Source of the DNA: a virus
Taxonomy: Duplodnaviria > Caudoviricetes
Direction: 5' to 3' (one strand)
DNA: 33,942 nucleotides
IMG/VR virus record: IMGVR_UViG_3300025875_000075
Location: 1 to 33,942 of that record
The notes below the pieces were generated by a model. It was not told where the DNA came from, ran no database searches, and saw nothing but the letters and a program-made list of their open reading frames with translations. The position numbers and the translations under genes were made by a program. The stretch's first letter is position 1. Each line of letters opens with the position of its first letter. Positions 1 to 8,090 of the stretch are shown piece by piece.

Positions 1-56
1 GCCCGGAGCACCAGCGGCCCCGACACCACTGCGGTTGCCTCGCCACTCCCGAGCCC
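1..56. repeat. Terminal direct repeat, left copy (circular assembly overlap)
   Basis: Bases 1-56 are identical to 33887-33942. An ORF starting at 33760 reads through the junction in frame into 57..608. Confidence 0.95.
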
Positions 57-608
57 GTGGACCGCCGCGACGCCGACGACGCGACGTTCCGGGCGACCCT
101 GGCCCGCCTCGAAGCGGCACCGGTGGCCGACGAGGACACCGTGGAGCGGGTCGCGCGGGCGATCCACGACAGCGACCCGTTCTGCGGTGGCTGGCCCTGC
201 TACGCGGCCGATCAGTACCGCGACCAAGCCCGTGCTGCCATCGCGGCTCTCAAGCCCGCACCCGGCACCGACAGCAGCGGGCAGGCGTCGTGCGGGGACC
301 TGTCGCCGTCGGTCAACTTCGGCGGCGACGGCGAGTCTGAGCGCTTCATGTGCGAGCTGCCGCACGGTCACGGCGGCGCGCACCAGCGGGACAACGGGGG
401 TGGGCTGCCGCCGATGCGGTGGGTCGTGGCCGACAGCAGCGGGCTGGCCGTGCAGCGCGTGCTGGCAGTGGATCTGCCCGGGTACCTGAGTCCGTATAAC
501 GGCGAGCGCGCGGCAGGCTGGAACGAGGGCCTCCGCGTGGCCGATGCGCTGATCCGTGCCGCTGTGGCTGGTCCCCAGCGCGACCACGGCGGGGAGGGCG
601 GGCAGTGA
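1..608 (+). CDS. 3' part of a junction-spanning modular hypothetical protein (starts at 33760)
   Basis: In frame with ATG 33760 across the overlap. Contains a VERVARAIH...YRDQARAAIAAL helix motif and a C-x(n)-CELPHGHGGAH motif. TGA overlaps the next GTG. Confidence 0.75.
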   Translation, partial: PEHQRPRHHCGCLATPEPVDRRDADDATFRATLARLEAAPVADEDTVERVARAIHDSDPFCGGWPCYAADQYRDQARAAIAALKPAPGTDSSGQASCGDLSPSVNFGGDGESERFMCELPHGHGGAHQRDNGGGLPPMRWVVADSSGLAVQRVLAVDLPGYLSPYNGERAAGWNEGLRVADALIRAAVAGPQRDHGGEGGQ

Positions 609-715
609 CCGAGTGGCTGGCCCGGTCCCTCGGGCGACGGGTGCCGGGGTGGCTGCTGGTGCTCGCGCTGGCCACCGTCGGGGCGTGGCAGCTCTACCCC
701 TGCGTCGTGCCGTGA
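605..715 (+). CDS. Small membrane peptide (36 aa)
   Basis: MTEWLARSLGRRVPGWLLVLALATVGAWQLYPCVVP, with GTGA overlaps at both ends and one hydrophobic stretch. Confidence 0.55.
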   Translation: MTEWLARSLGRRVPGWLLVLALATVGAWQLYPCVVP

Positions 716-853
716 GGCGCGGACGGCGGTGCATCGCCATCGACGGTGCCCGCGTGCAAGTCGATGGCGAGTGGTCTGACGAAGACACCGCGGCGATGCG
801 AGAGATCATCGCCGCTGCTCGCCGAAAGTTCGCCCTCGAGCATCCGCTCGAGG

Positions 854-875
854 TGTCAGACCCCCCGGCTACCGT
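854..875 (+). promoter_or_regulatory. RecA-NDp/PafBC-type promoter
   Basis: TGTCAG-N10-TACCGT fits the TGTC(G/A)G-N10-TANNNT architecture and ends 40 nt before the GTG at 916. Confidence 0.55.
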
Positions 876-915
876 GCCGGGGTCAACCGCACTACCGACA
901 ACCCTGGGAGATCCC

Positions 916-1383
916 GTGTCCAACCCCCTCAACATCGAGGCCCCGCCGGCCACCGGCGGTGACCAGTGGAAGAACGCCGACCACGAGGGTGAGCTCATCG
1001 TGCTCACCGTCAAGAGCGTCGGCGAGCACGAGTTCGAGAACGGGCTCGCCGAGTTCGTGGTCTGCGACATCACCGTCGTCGAGGGCCCCAGTGCGGGCGA
1101 GACCTACGACGAGGCGTGGGTGCTCGGCAAGGTGCTGTTCGGCCAGCTCAAGCGGAAGATCGGCCGCACATTCGTCGGCCGCATCGGCAAGGGTGCGAAG
1201 GTCGGCAGCAAGAGTGCCCCGTGGCAACTCGACCCGGTGAGCGCCGAGGACACCGCCCGGGCGGTCGCGTTCATGACCGAGCGACTCACCCCGCCCGCCG
1301 CAGGTACCGCGGCCGCTGCGCCGGCGGCACCTGCCCCGACCGAGGTCGGGGGCGACGACGTGCCGCCGTGGGAACGCAAGTAG
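916..1383 (+). CDS. ssDNA-binding-like protein
   Basis: GGGAGA RBS before GTG 916. Beta-rich core, Ala/Pro linker and an acidic-aromatic tail (GGDDVPPW). The frame is also open from GTG 712. Confidence 0.6.
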   Translation: MSNPLNIEAPPATGGDQWKNADHEGELIVLTVKSVGEHEFENGLAEFVVCDITVVEGPSAGETYDEAWVLGKVLFGQLKRKIGRTFVGRIGKGAKVGSKSAPWQLDPVSAEDTARAVAFMTERLTPPAAGTAAAAPAAPAPTEVGGDDVPPWERK

Positions 1384-1476
1384 GCGACGGTGACGAGGCT
1401 CTCTAGACGGTGACTGTGGGGGGTCGGGGACACTCACCGAGTGACCCCGACCCCTACCACCGAGAGAGCCCCCGCC

Positions 1477-1908
1477 ATGCCCCAGGAGATCCCGACCCGC
1501 CGTGCACCGCTCGGTCTGACCCTGCCGATCCCTCGGCACATCATCGTCACCAGCGTGGCGCTGGGGCTCACGACGGTGCTGCTCGGGTTCTCCTACCTGT
1601 GGCGCCCCGCCACGATCCGCAGTCCCGACCTCGAGCGGCTGTCGGTGGTGGCGAAGATCGACGGCCCGCTCGGGTTCGTCATGGTCGCCGTGGGGGTGTG
1701 GGTAGTGGTCGCCGCGATGGTCGGATGCACCCGCGCCAGCGCGCACGCGGTCACCTCGATCACGCACCTCGCCTATGTCGTCGCGGTCGCCATGACCTAC
1801 GTCATTGCCTACCCGTTACAGCCACTCCCGTCGGTTCCGCTGGCGGTGTTCGGGTTCATCGCACACGGCGGGGCGTGCCTCGCCTACTGGCAACGGGGGT
1901 GGCGCTAG
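1477..1908 (+). CDS. Four-TM membrane protein (lysis-cassette type)
   Basis: Four hydrophobic segments; GAGAG upstream of ATG 1477. Confidence 0.7.
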   Translation: MPQEIPTRRAPLGLTLPIPRHIIVTSVALGLTTVLLGFSYLWRPATIRSPDLERLSVVAKIDGPLGFVMVAVGVWVVVAAMVGCTRASAHAVTSITHLAYVVAVAMTYVIAYPLQPLPSVPLAVFGFIAHGGACLAYWQRGWR

Positions 1909-2319
1909 ATGGACCCGGCAACCGTGGGGGCGTGGACGACGGGACTCGCGGCGATCATCACCGCCGTCGGGGTCGTCATCAGGATCGTGGTCTACCGGCC
2001 CCGACTGCCGGTGGCCGAGGAACTGCTCGAGCAGATCGACGAGATGCGGACCGACGTGCTGGCGCTGGCCCGGTGGGCTCACCGGGCCGTGTCGCAGGCA
2101 GCGGCGCAGGGATTCGACCTGGAGGAACCGCCCGAGGTGTTCCGGTCCCTCGGGCAGCGTGAGGGGGAGCGGATGCACGACCCGGGGCAGCACGGGTGGC
2201 GCGCAAGCGTCCGTGCACAGACCGGCGAACAGCCGGTGACACCCCGCCGGCCACCCGCACCGGTCGGGCCCGACACGCAACCTGAGCGGCGCCAGGTGCG
2301 CCCCCTCCCCCCGCGATGA
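1909..2319 (+). CDS. Single-TM membrane protein
   Basis: N-terminal TM (GLAAIITAVGVVIRIVV) followed by a short amphipathic helix; abuts the upstream stop. Confidence 0.7.
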   Translation: MDPATVGAWTTGLAAIITAVGVVIRIVVYRPRLPVAEELLEQIDEMRTDVLALARWAHRAVSQAAAQGFDLEEPPEVFRSLGQREGERMHDPGQHGWRASVRAQTGEQPVTPRRPPAPVGPDTQPERRQVRPLPPR

Positions 2320-2333
2320 GAGGGTCACTGACC

Positions 2334-2729
2334 ATGACGCACCTCGGCACCGAGCCACCGGCCGCCCCGCGGACCCTGCTCGAGCGGCTGCTCGGTGACA
2401 CCGAGCCGGTCCGCCGCGCGCTCTACCCGGTGCTCGTCGCCGTCGTCGCGCTGCTGGTGTTCTACGGGCGGCTCGACGCGGGCTCGGTGCCGCTGTGGCT
2501 GGCGCTCGCCGTGGCCGCGCTCGGCATCGGGGGCACCGAGGCGGCTCGGGCGGTCGCCTACTCGCCGGCCACGGTGGGGGTCGTCGCCGAGGATGAGTTC
2601 GCCCGAGGCAAGCTCGTCGCCCGGTACGAGAGCTACGGGGAGCACGACCCGAACCGCTGCCGCGAGGTCGAGGACGGGTACCGCTGCGCCCTGGGAAGGG
2701 GGCACGCCGGGCCGCACAAGATGACGTGA
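2334..2729 (+). CDS. Holin-like two-TM protein with a C-terminal Cys/His mini-domain
   Basis: EPVRRALYPVLVAVVALLVFYG...LWLALAVAALG...AARAVAYSP resembles actinophage holins. Ends RC...CALGRGHAGPH. Confidence 0.6.
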   Translation: MTHLGTEPPAAPRTLLERLLGDTEPVRRALYPVLVAVVALLVFYGRLDAGSVPLWLALAVAALGIGGTEAARAVAYSPATVGVVAEDEFARGKLVARYESYGEHDPNRCREVEDGYRCALGRGHAGPHKMT

Positions 2730-2734
2730 CGCAA

Positions 2735-2754
2735 TGGCGGGGAGCACCCCGCCA
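2735..2754 (+). terminator. Short hairpin after the membrane-gene cluster
   Basis: TGGCGGGG-agca-CCCCGCCA; no U-tract. Confidence 0.35.
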
Positions 2755-2808
2755 CCAGCGACGGGCGCCGGGCTCGCCGTAGTACCGCACCACCCCTGGG
2801 GGACTGCT

Positions 2809-3123
2809 ATGAGGGAGACCGCGCCGACGGCGCCGACTGCCGAGATCAACGCACACGACCGCGAGATCGCTCGCGAGCTGTACGTCGCCGTGCGCGACGG
2901 ATCGGGCAAGAGTGCGATCGCACTCGCTGCTCGACGGATCGCCGAGACCCGTGAGGCCGCATTCGCCGCCGGGCTCGAGGAACGGGCCGACGAGGCGCAC
3001 GCCACCGGGTACGCCGAGGGGCTCGCCGACGGCATCGACAAGGGCCGCGAAGCCGGGTACCGCGAGGGGTTCGACGAGGCACGTCGCTCCGCCGGGTTCC
3101 TCAACGGCGAGCACGGCGCATGA
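2809..3123 (+). CDS. Hypothetical protein with GxxxG helical repeats
   Basis: ACCCCTGGGGGA motif precedes ATG 2809. Contains ATGYAEGLADGIDKGREAGYREG; ATGA overlap with prim-pol. Confidence 0.65.
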   Translation: MRETAPTAPTAEINAHDREIARELYVAVRDGSGKSAIALAARRIAETREAAFAAGLEERADEAHATGYAEGLADGIDKGREAGYREGFDEARRSAGFLNGEHGA

Positions 3124-3734
3124 CCGCCGCGACCGACTACCTGCGGGCCGTCGAGGACGGCGCCGACGGGCTCGCCGAGTTCTACGCCGGCCGCCTCGAC
3201 GCCCCCGTGCTGGCCGCTCGGGTGTGGGAGGGCCGCGCCGACGCGCTGGCGATCTCGGCACTCCACTACGCCCGCCACGGGCTGCACGTGCTCCCGCTGG
3301 CGCCGGGGCTCAAGGTGCCGCTCGGTGACCGGGACGGGTGCTGCGGTGGCACGCATGCCCGCGGCAGCCTCGACGCCCGCCGCGATCCCGATCACGTGCT
3401 GCACTGGTGGCGGGCTCACCCGACGGCCAATGTCGGCGTCGCCACCGGCCACCGGGTCGACGTGATCGACCAGGACGGCGCCATGGGCGCGGTGTCGTGG
3501 GCGCGGATCGGGCGAGCCGAAGCGTGGCCGGCGGTGCTCGGTGTCGTCACCACTCCACGCGACGGGGGCGTGCACCGCTACGTCGCCGCCACCGGGGACG
3601 GCAACGGGGCGAAGATCGCCCCGGGCATCGACTACCGCGGCGCCGGGGGTTACGTCGTGGCCCCACCGAGCATCGTGGACGGTAGGCGGTACACGTGGGT
3701 GCAGGCCCTCGACCTGTCGAGAGCCGCACGATGA
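3120..3734 (+). CDS. Bifunctional DNA primase/polymerase (prim-pol) catalytic domain
   Basis: Motifs VLPLAPGLKVP, ANVGVATG, VIDQDG (DxD), TPRDGGVHRY and IDYRGAGGYVVAPPS. Confidence 0.9.
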   Translation: MTAATDYLRAVEDGADGLAEFYAGRLDAPVLAARVWEGRADALAISALHYARHGLHVLPLAPGLKVPLGDRDGCCGGTHARGSLDARRDPDHVLHWWRAHPTANVGVATGHRVDVIDQDGAMGAVSWARIGRAEAWPAVLGVVTTPRDGGVHRYVAATGDGNGAKIAPGIDYRGAGGYVVAPPSIVDGRRYTWVQALDLSRAAR

Positions 3735-3746
3735 GACGGGGAGCGA

Positions 3747-3926
3747 GTGGCCGAGCCGACGATCGACGAGGCGGCGAGGCTACTGCGCCGGATGAACGGC
3801 ACGGGGACGGTCAAGCGCCTCTCGGTGATGTACGAGGCGCTACGCCTCGCATACCGGGTGGGCCGGGCGGACGAGTCACGGACGAGAGCGGGAGAACCGG
3901 AGGCCGAGAGCGCGCTCGAGGGATAG
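3747..3926 (+). CDS. Small hypothetical protein (59 aa)
   Basis: GGGGAG RBS; reads MAEPTIDEAARLLRRMNG...EALRLAYRVGRADE...TAG. Not in the supplied ORF track. Confidence 0.55.
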   Translation: MAEPTIDEAARLLRRMNGTGTVKRLSVMYEALRLAYRVGRADESRTRAGEPEAESALEG

Positions 3927-3984
3927 CGGGCACGTGCTCGTCGTGTCTCACTGCGCCCGGCTGGCCGTGCATATACGCCCCTGA

Positions 3985-5526
3985 GTGCGCCTCGTGACCA
4001 TCGAGGGGGGCGTCGACTACCTCGGTGCGTGGCGGGCCGGGAAGGCCGCCGGGCCCGCGCCGGTGCTGTTCTCCAGCAACGGCAACGGGGCGCCGGCCAC
4101 CAGCACGCTCGGCACCAGCCGGGCCGGGTACGGGCAGAAGATCCTCGACGACGAGGTGCAGCGCGTGCTCGGCGCCGTCACCGGGGAGCGGAACGCGACG
4201 CTCAACGTGGCCGCGCTCAAGGTGGGCCGAGCCGTGGCCGGCGGGCACATCGACGAGGACGAGGGACGCGCCGCACTCTCGGCGGCCGGGCGGCAGATCG
4301 GGCTCGGGCCGCGGGAGGCCGCGAGAACGATCACCAGCGGGTTCCGGGCCGGGATGCAGCATCCACGCGATGCCGGCGAGTCGACCGGGGCCGACGGTGT
4401 GGCAGCCCCGGTGCCAACCGACATCACCTCGCAGGTCAGCGGACTGGTCGCGCCTGCCACACCGGCCGGGCCGGGTGCCGTGGTCACGCACGAGCCCGAG
4501 CCGGTGCGCGACATCGCCGAGGGCTACCTACGGCCCGGCTCGTTTTTGCTCGACCTGCCGCCCAACCCACCAGCCGTGTGGGGCGAGGGCGAGACGGTGC
4601 TCTGGGCGCAGGGTGAGGCGCTCATGATCGCCGCGCTCCCGGGGCTCGGTAAGACGACCATCGCCGCACAGCTCGTGCGGGCCCGGCTCGGGCTCGACGC
4701 GTCGCTGTTCGACCTGCCGGTGATGGAAGGGAAGCGAGTGCTCTACCTGGCCGGGGACCGTCCCCAGCAGATCGGGCGCGCGCTGCTCCGGGCGTTCGAC
4801 CGCACCGAGCTCGCCGAGATCGGTGACCGGCTGGTGCTCGGGTGGGGCCCGCCACCGGCCGACGTGGCGAAGCGGCCCGAGCTGCTGGCCGAGCTCTGCC
4901 ACTCGGCGCAGGCCGACACCCTCGTCGTCGACTCGCTCAAGGACACCGCGATCAAGCTGACCGACGACGAGGTGGGGGCCAGTTACAACCGGGCCCGGCA
5001 GCTCGCGATCGTCGCCGGGGTCGAGGTGCTCGAGCTGCACCACCTCGTCAAGCGCAACGCCGAGGGCAAGGCGCCGAGCTCGCTCGCCGACGTGTACGGC
5101 TCGGCGTGGCTCACCGCGGGCGCCGGGTCGGTGGTGGTGCTGACCGGCGACCCCGGCGACCCGGTGGTGCGGGCGTTGCACCTCAAACAGCCCCGCGAGC
5201 CATGGGGGCCGGCGTGGATCTCCCACGACCACGCGAAGGGCCGATCCACCGTGCAGGGCCGTGTCGATCTGCTCGAGCTGCTGGCGCTGACCACGGTGCA
5301 GACCGCGCTCTCCGCGGCGCAGAAGATGTACGAGACCGAGAAGCCGAACCGGGCGCAGGTCGAGCGGGCCCGCCGGCAGCTCGACAAGCTGGTCGGCACC
5401 GGGTTCGCCACCAGCTCCCCGGGGCGACCCGGGGGCGAGGGTGGCTCCGGGGCCACCCGCTATCACCCTGCACTGTCCGAGATCCGCACACCCTGGGAGA
5501 CCGAGAGCGATGACGACAACGAGTGA
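3985..5526 (+). CDS. RepA/AAA_25-type replicative helicase with an N-terminal primase C-terminal (PriCT-like) helical domain
   Basis: GERNATLNVAALKVG...TITSGFRAG domain; Walker A ALPGLGKT, Walker B LVVDS, LHH motif and GSAWL. Confidence 0.85.
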   Translation: MRLVTIEGGVDYLGAWRAGKAAGPAPVLFSSNGNGAPATSTLGTSRAGYGQKILDDEVQRVLGAVTGERNATLNVAALKVGRAVAGGHIDEDEGRAALSAAGRQIGLGPREAARTITSGFRAGMQHPRDAGESTGADGVAAPVPTDITSQVSGLVAPATPAGPGAVVTHEPEPVRDIAEGYLRPGSFLLDLPPNPPAVWGEGETVLWAQGEALMIAALPGLGKTTIAAQLVRARLGLDASLFDLPVMEGKRVLYLAGDRPQQIGRALLRAFDRTELAEIGDRLVLGWGPPPADVAKRPELLAELCHSAQADTLVVDSLKDTAIKLTDDEVGASYNRARQLAIVAGVEVLELHHLVKRNAEGKAPSSLADVYGSAWLTAGAGSVVVLTGDPGDPVVRALHLKQPREPWGPAWISHDHAKGRSTVQGRVDLLELLALTTVQTALSAAQKMYETEKPNRAQVERARRQLDKLVGTGFATSSPGRPGGEGGSGATRYHPALSEIRTPWETESDDDNE

Positions 5527-5743
5527 GACCCCGACCCGCCGCGTGCGGGTCAGATTCGAGCCGGTGGCCGCCGCGCTCGGTATCAAGCCATGGCGGGCGG
5601 TGATCCTCGAGCAGCCCGCCCCGAATCTCGAACGAACCGAGATCCCTGTCGGCCGGTTCGACGACCAGCCGACCGCCGTCACCGCCGCGTGCAGCGCGCT
5701 CCGGTTCCTGGCCGCGGGCATCCCCTGGCGGGTGACCGAGTGA
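5510..5743 (+). CDS. Hypothetical protein
   Basis: ACCCTGGGAGA motif upstream of ATG 5510; coupled to the next gene by GTGA. Confidence 0.6.
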   Translation: MTTTSETPTRRVRVRFEPVAAALGIKPWRAVILEQPAPNLERTEIPVGRFDDQPTAVTAACSALRFLAAGIPWRVTE

Positions 5744-6126
5744 GCCGGTGGGAGTGGTCCGAGCGGGGGATGACCGTCGTGCTCATCACGAACCCCGGCG
5801 GCGTGTACGACCTCACGGTCAGGGAGGACGGGCGGGGAGCTGGTGGCGCAAGCCTGCCCCCGCGGGCTGTGCGTGAGCTGCTCGACCACCTCGTCGAGTG
5901 CGAGGGGTACGAGCCGCTCGCGCAGGCGCTCGAGGACGTCGACGCACAGGAGAGTCGCGCCGAGGCGGCCGAGACCGGGGTCAACGCGCTCACGAGACAG
6001 CTCGCCGAGGCGCGCACCGAGATCGAGCAGCACAAGACCGCGCTCGACCTCGCCGACCAGCGGGTGCGGGCGCTCGAGGGTGACGGCGACGTGACGGCGA
6101 CCCAGTACCGGACGGTGCGCCAGTGA
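5740..6126 (+). CDS. Hypothetical coiled-coil protein
   Basis: GTGA overlaps at both ends; heptad-like C-terminal half. Confidence 0.65.
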   Translation: MSRWEWSERGMTVVLITNPGGVYDLTVREDGRGAGGASLPPRAVRELLDHLVECEGYEPLAQALEDVDAQESRAEAAETGVNALTRQLAEARTEIEQHKTALDLADQRVRALEGDGDVTATQYRTVRQ

Positions 6127-6443
6127 GCGCGCGCAAGGGCAAGGGGCCCGGAGTGCGCCGCACCGACCTCCTGGTGCCCGAGGGGTGGCTGCCCCGCCGC
6201 AACGCCCGCGTCATCGTCCTGCCGCACGCCGACGAGCCGCACCCGCCGGCCGGGGTCTGGCGGGTCATCGACCGCAGCAACGGCGACCCGGGCCCGCACT
6301 GGTGGTGCCAACCCGCCGACGACACCGCGCGGGAGTGGCTGGCCCGCCACCCGAAGCGGCGCGTGCAGGGCTGTATCGAGGTCAAGGGGCTACGGCTGGC
6401 CCCGCACACCACGCAGCTCGCGATCGACGGGGCCGGGTCATGA
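6123..6443 (+). CDS. Hypothetical protein
   Basis: Part of a 4-bp-overlap chain; protein-like composition. Confidence 0.65.
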   Translation: MSARKGKGPGVRRTDLLVPEGWLPRRNARVIVLPHADEPHPPAGVWRVIDRSNGDPGPHWWCQPADDTAREWLARHPKRRVQGCIEVKGLRLAPHTTQLAIDGAGS

Positions 6444-6775
6444 AGCTCCCGACGAGCACGCGGATCGAGTGCCGGGTGACCGAGTGTAAGTGGGCGCACG
6501 ACCTGCCCGTCGAGTTCCGCATCGTGCGCCACCCTGACGCGCCGGTCCCTGGTGGATTCGTCCTCGTCGGAGCAACCGTCGAGGTCGACGACGCCGCTGT
6601 CGCCGCCTTCGATGAGCTGCTCGCCCACCACCTCGACGAGCACGCGACCGACGGCGCCCCGCCGGCCACCGTGCCGCCGTCGTGGCCCGAGGTCGAGTGG
6701 TGTGACGACGGGGGCTCGTGCGAGCACGACTCGTGCATGAGAGCGGTGCTCGCCGAGATCGAAGCCGAGGCGTGA
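6440..6775 (+). CDS. Hypothetical Cys/His-containing protein
   Basis: ATGA overlap; CRVTEC...HHLDEH and WCDDGGSCEHDSC. Confidence 0.65.
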   Translation: MKLPTSTRIECRVTECKWAHDLPVEFRIVRHPDAPVPGGFVLVGATVEVDDAAVAAFDELLAHHLDEHATDGAPPATVPPSWPEVEWCDDGGSCEHDSCMRAVLAEIEAEA

Positions 6776-6957
6776 GGGGCGCCGAGCGGATCGTCGCCCT
6801 CGGGCTGGCCTGCCTGGCGCTGGCCATTCTCGGCTGGTGGGTGGGGTTCGGTGGTCTGCTCGTGGGGCTGGCGCTGTTCGCCCTCGGCACACTCGTCGCC
6901 GACCGCACGCCCCCGGCCGACACTGGCGGCACGACAACCGAGAGGGGGTCACCGTGA
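6772..6957 (+). CDS. Small two-TM membrane protein
   Basis: IVALGLACLALAILGWWVGFGGLLVGLALFALGTLV; GTGA overlaps. Confidence 0.65.
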   Translation: MRGAERIVALGLACLALAILGWWVGFGGLLVGLALFALGTLVADRTPPADTGGTTTERGSP

Positions 6958-7349
6958 CGGTGACCGACGACCGATGGACGTGCAGCGACTGCGAGATCAC
7001 CGAACTGCTCGACGGCGAGGACGCCGAGGCCCGAGCGACGCACCGGCGCGCTGTGCAGACCGGGCACGCCGCCCGCCACGAGGCCGAGCGGGGTCGGGCG
7101 GGCCCGCTCACTGCCGCGCTTGCCGAAGCGGCCGAGGTGGTGGCGGCGTTCCGGGTGTGCCTCGTCGTGCCCCCGGGCGACGTCGACCGGATGCGGGCGC
7201 AGATGGTGCGCCGGTCACTGCCGGTGGAAGTGTTCGCCGACGCCGCCCTCGGTGAGGGGCAGGGGTACGTGATGACGCCCCGCCGCGGGGTGCGGGAGCG
7301 ACCGCCGTCCCCAGGTGTGGACGGCACTGTGGACAAGCCAGCGTCGTGA
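6954..7349 (+). CDS. Hypothetical protein (CxxC...HxxxH)
   Basis: GAGAGGGGG RBS, GTGA overlap, WTCSDC...GHAARH. Confidence 0.6.
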   Translation: MTVTDDRWTCSDCEITELLDGEDAEARATHRRAVQTGHAARHEAERGRAGPLTAALAEAAEVVAAFRVCLVVPPGDVDRMRAQMVRRSLPVEVFADAALGEGQGYVMTPRRGVRERPPSPGVDGTVDKPAS

Positions 7350-7480
7350 CCCGACCCGACCACCTGCCCACCGTCGTGGGGCTGGTGCTGCTCCCGCCAG
7401 CCACCGTGCTCGCCGGTCTGTCACTGGCACTCGTGGCCCTCGACACGGTGCGGGGTCGCTGTCCGTGCCGAGGGTCATGA
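7346..7480 (+). CDS. Small membrane peptide (44 aa)
   Basis: MTRPDHLPTVVGLVLLPPATVLAGLSLALVALDTVRGRCPCRGS; ends 5 nt from the converging gene. Confidence 0.5.
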   Translation: MTRPDHLPTVVGLVLLPPATVLAGLSLALVALDTVRGRCPCRGS

Positions 7481-7485
7481 GCGGG

Positions 7486-7908
7486 TCAGTCGTCGAGGCC
7501 GTCCGGGCGGTAGCCCTTCGCACGGGCCCGCTCAAGAAAGGCCACGACCTCCGGGTCGTCACGGCGCCGGGGCTCGGGTGCCCCCTCGACGGGCGGCACC
7601 TCGACAGATCCCCCGGCCGGTGCGACGGCGGGAGGTTCACTGCCCCGGGGCGGGGTGGCGACGACGCCGAGGGCTCGTGCGCGCTTGAGGTACTCCTTGC
7701 ACCGGGAGGGGGTCAGCTCGGGGTTCACCTCACACAACAGGCGCACCGGCCGGGTGCTGCGGGCGCGGGCGATGCCGTACACGGCGGCGAACTCCAGGTA
7801 GAACGCCCGGTCGATGGTGCCCGGCACCGAGCGGGGAACGGGGTGGGTCAGGCGCAGGTCGGCGCGTGCGGCGAGCTCCTGGCAGTGCGGGCAATGGGCG
7901 CAGGTCAT
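7486..7908 (-). CDS. Putative HTH DNA-binding protein (DUF6214-like); the only leftward gene
   Basis: FAAVYGIARARSTRPVRLLCE...TPSRCKEYLKRARALGVV helix pattern. It fills the gap between + strand operons and has its own promoter and GGAGG. Confidence 0.6.
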   Translation of the reverse strand: MTCAHCPHCQELAARADLRLTHPVPRSVPGTIDRAFYLEFAAVYGIARARSTRPVRLLCEVNPELTPSRCKEYLKRARALGVVATPPRGSEPPAVAPAGGSVEVPPVEGAPEPRRRDDPEVVAFLERARAKGYRPDGLDD

Positions 7909-7915
7909 GCCTCCA

Positions 7916-7945
7916 ACGCTAGGGGTAGACAGGTATCCCCCGCAA
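7916..7945 (-). promoter_or_regulatory. Housekeeping-sigma-type promoter for the leftward gene
   Basis: Minus strand TTGCGG-N18-TAGCGT, 7 nt before ATG 7908. Confidence 0.55.
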
Positions 7946-8090
7946 CACCCCCCGATAGTGGGGGTTACGAGGTGCCCCTACTTAGACATAACCCCAAGTC
8001 GAGAGCAGTCACGATAGGGGGAGACACATACACGCCCCCACCCCCAGCCCCCTTCCCCTGGTCCGTAGGACCAGGGAGGGAAGGGGGAGC

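Noticed and set aside
1-56. End repeat as a biological terminal repeat
   Set aside because: It falls mid-gene and its length is k-mer-like, so a circular assembly overlap is the simpler explanation.
2809-3123. FliH/Yae1-like assignment
   Set aside because: It rests only on GxxxG repeats, which are low-complexity and not diagnostic.
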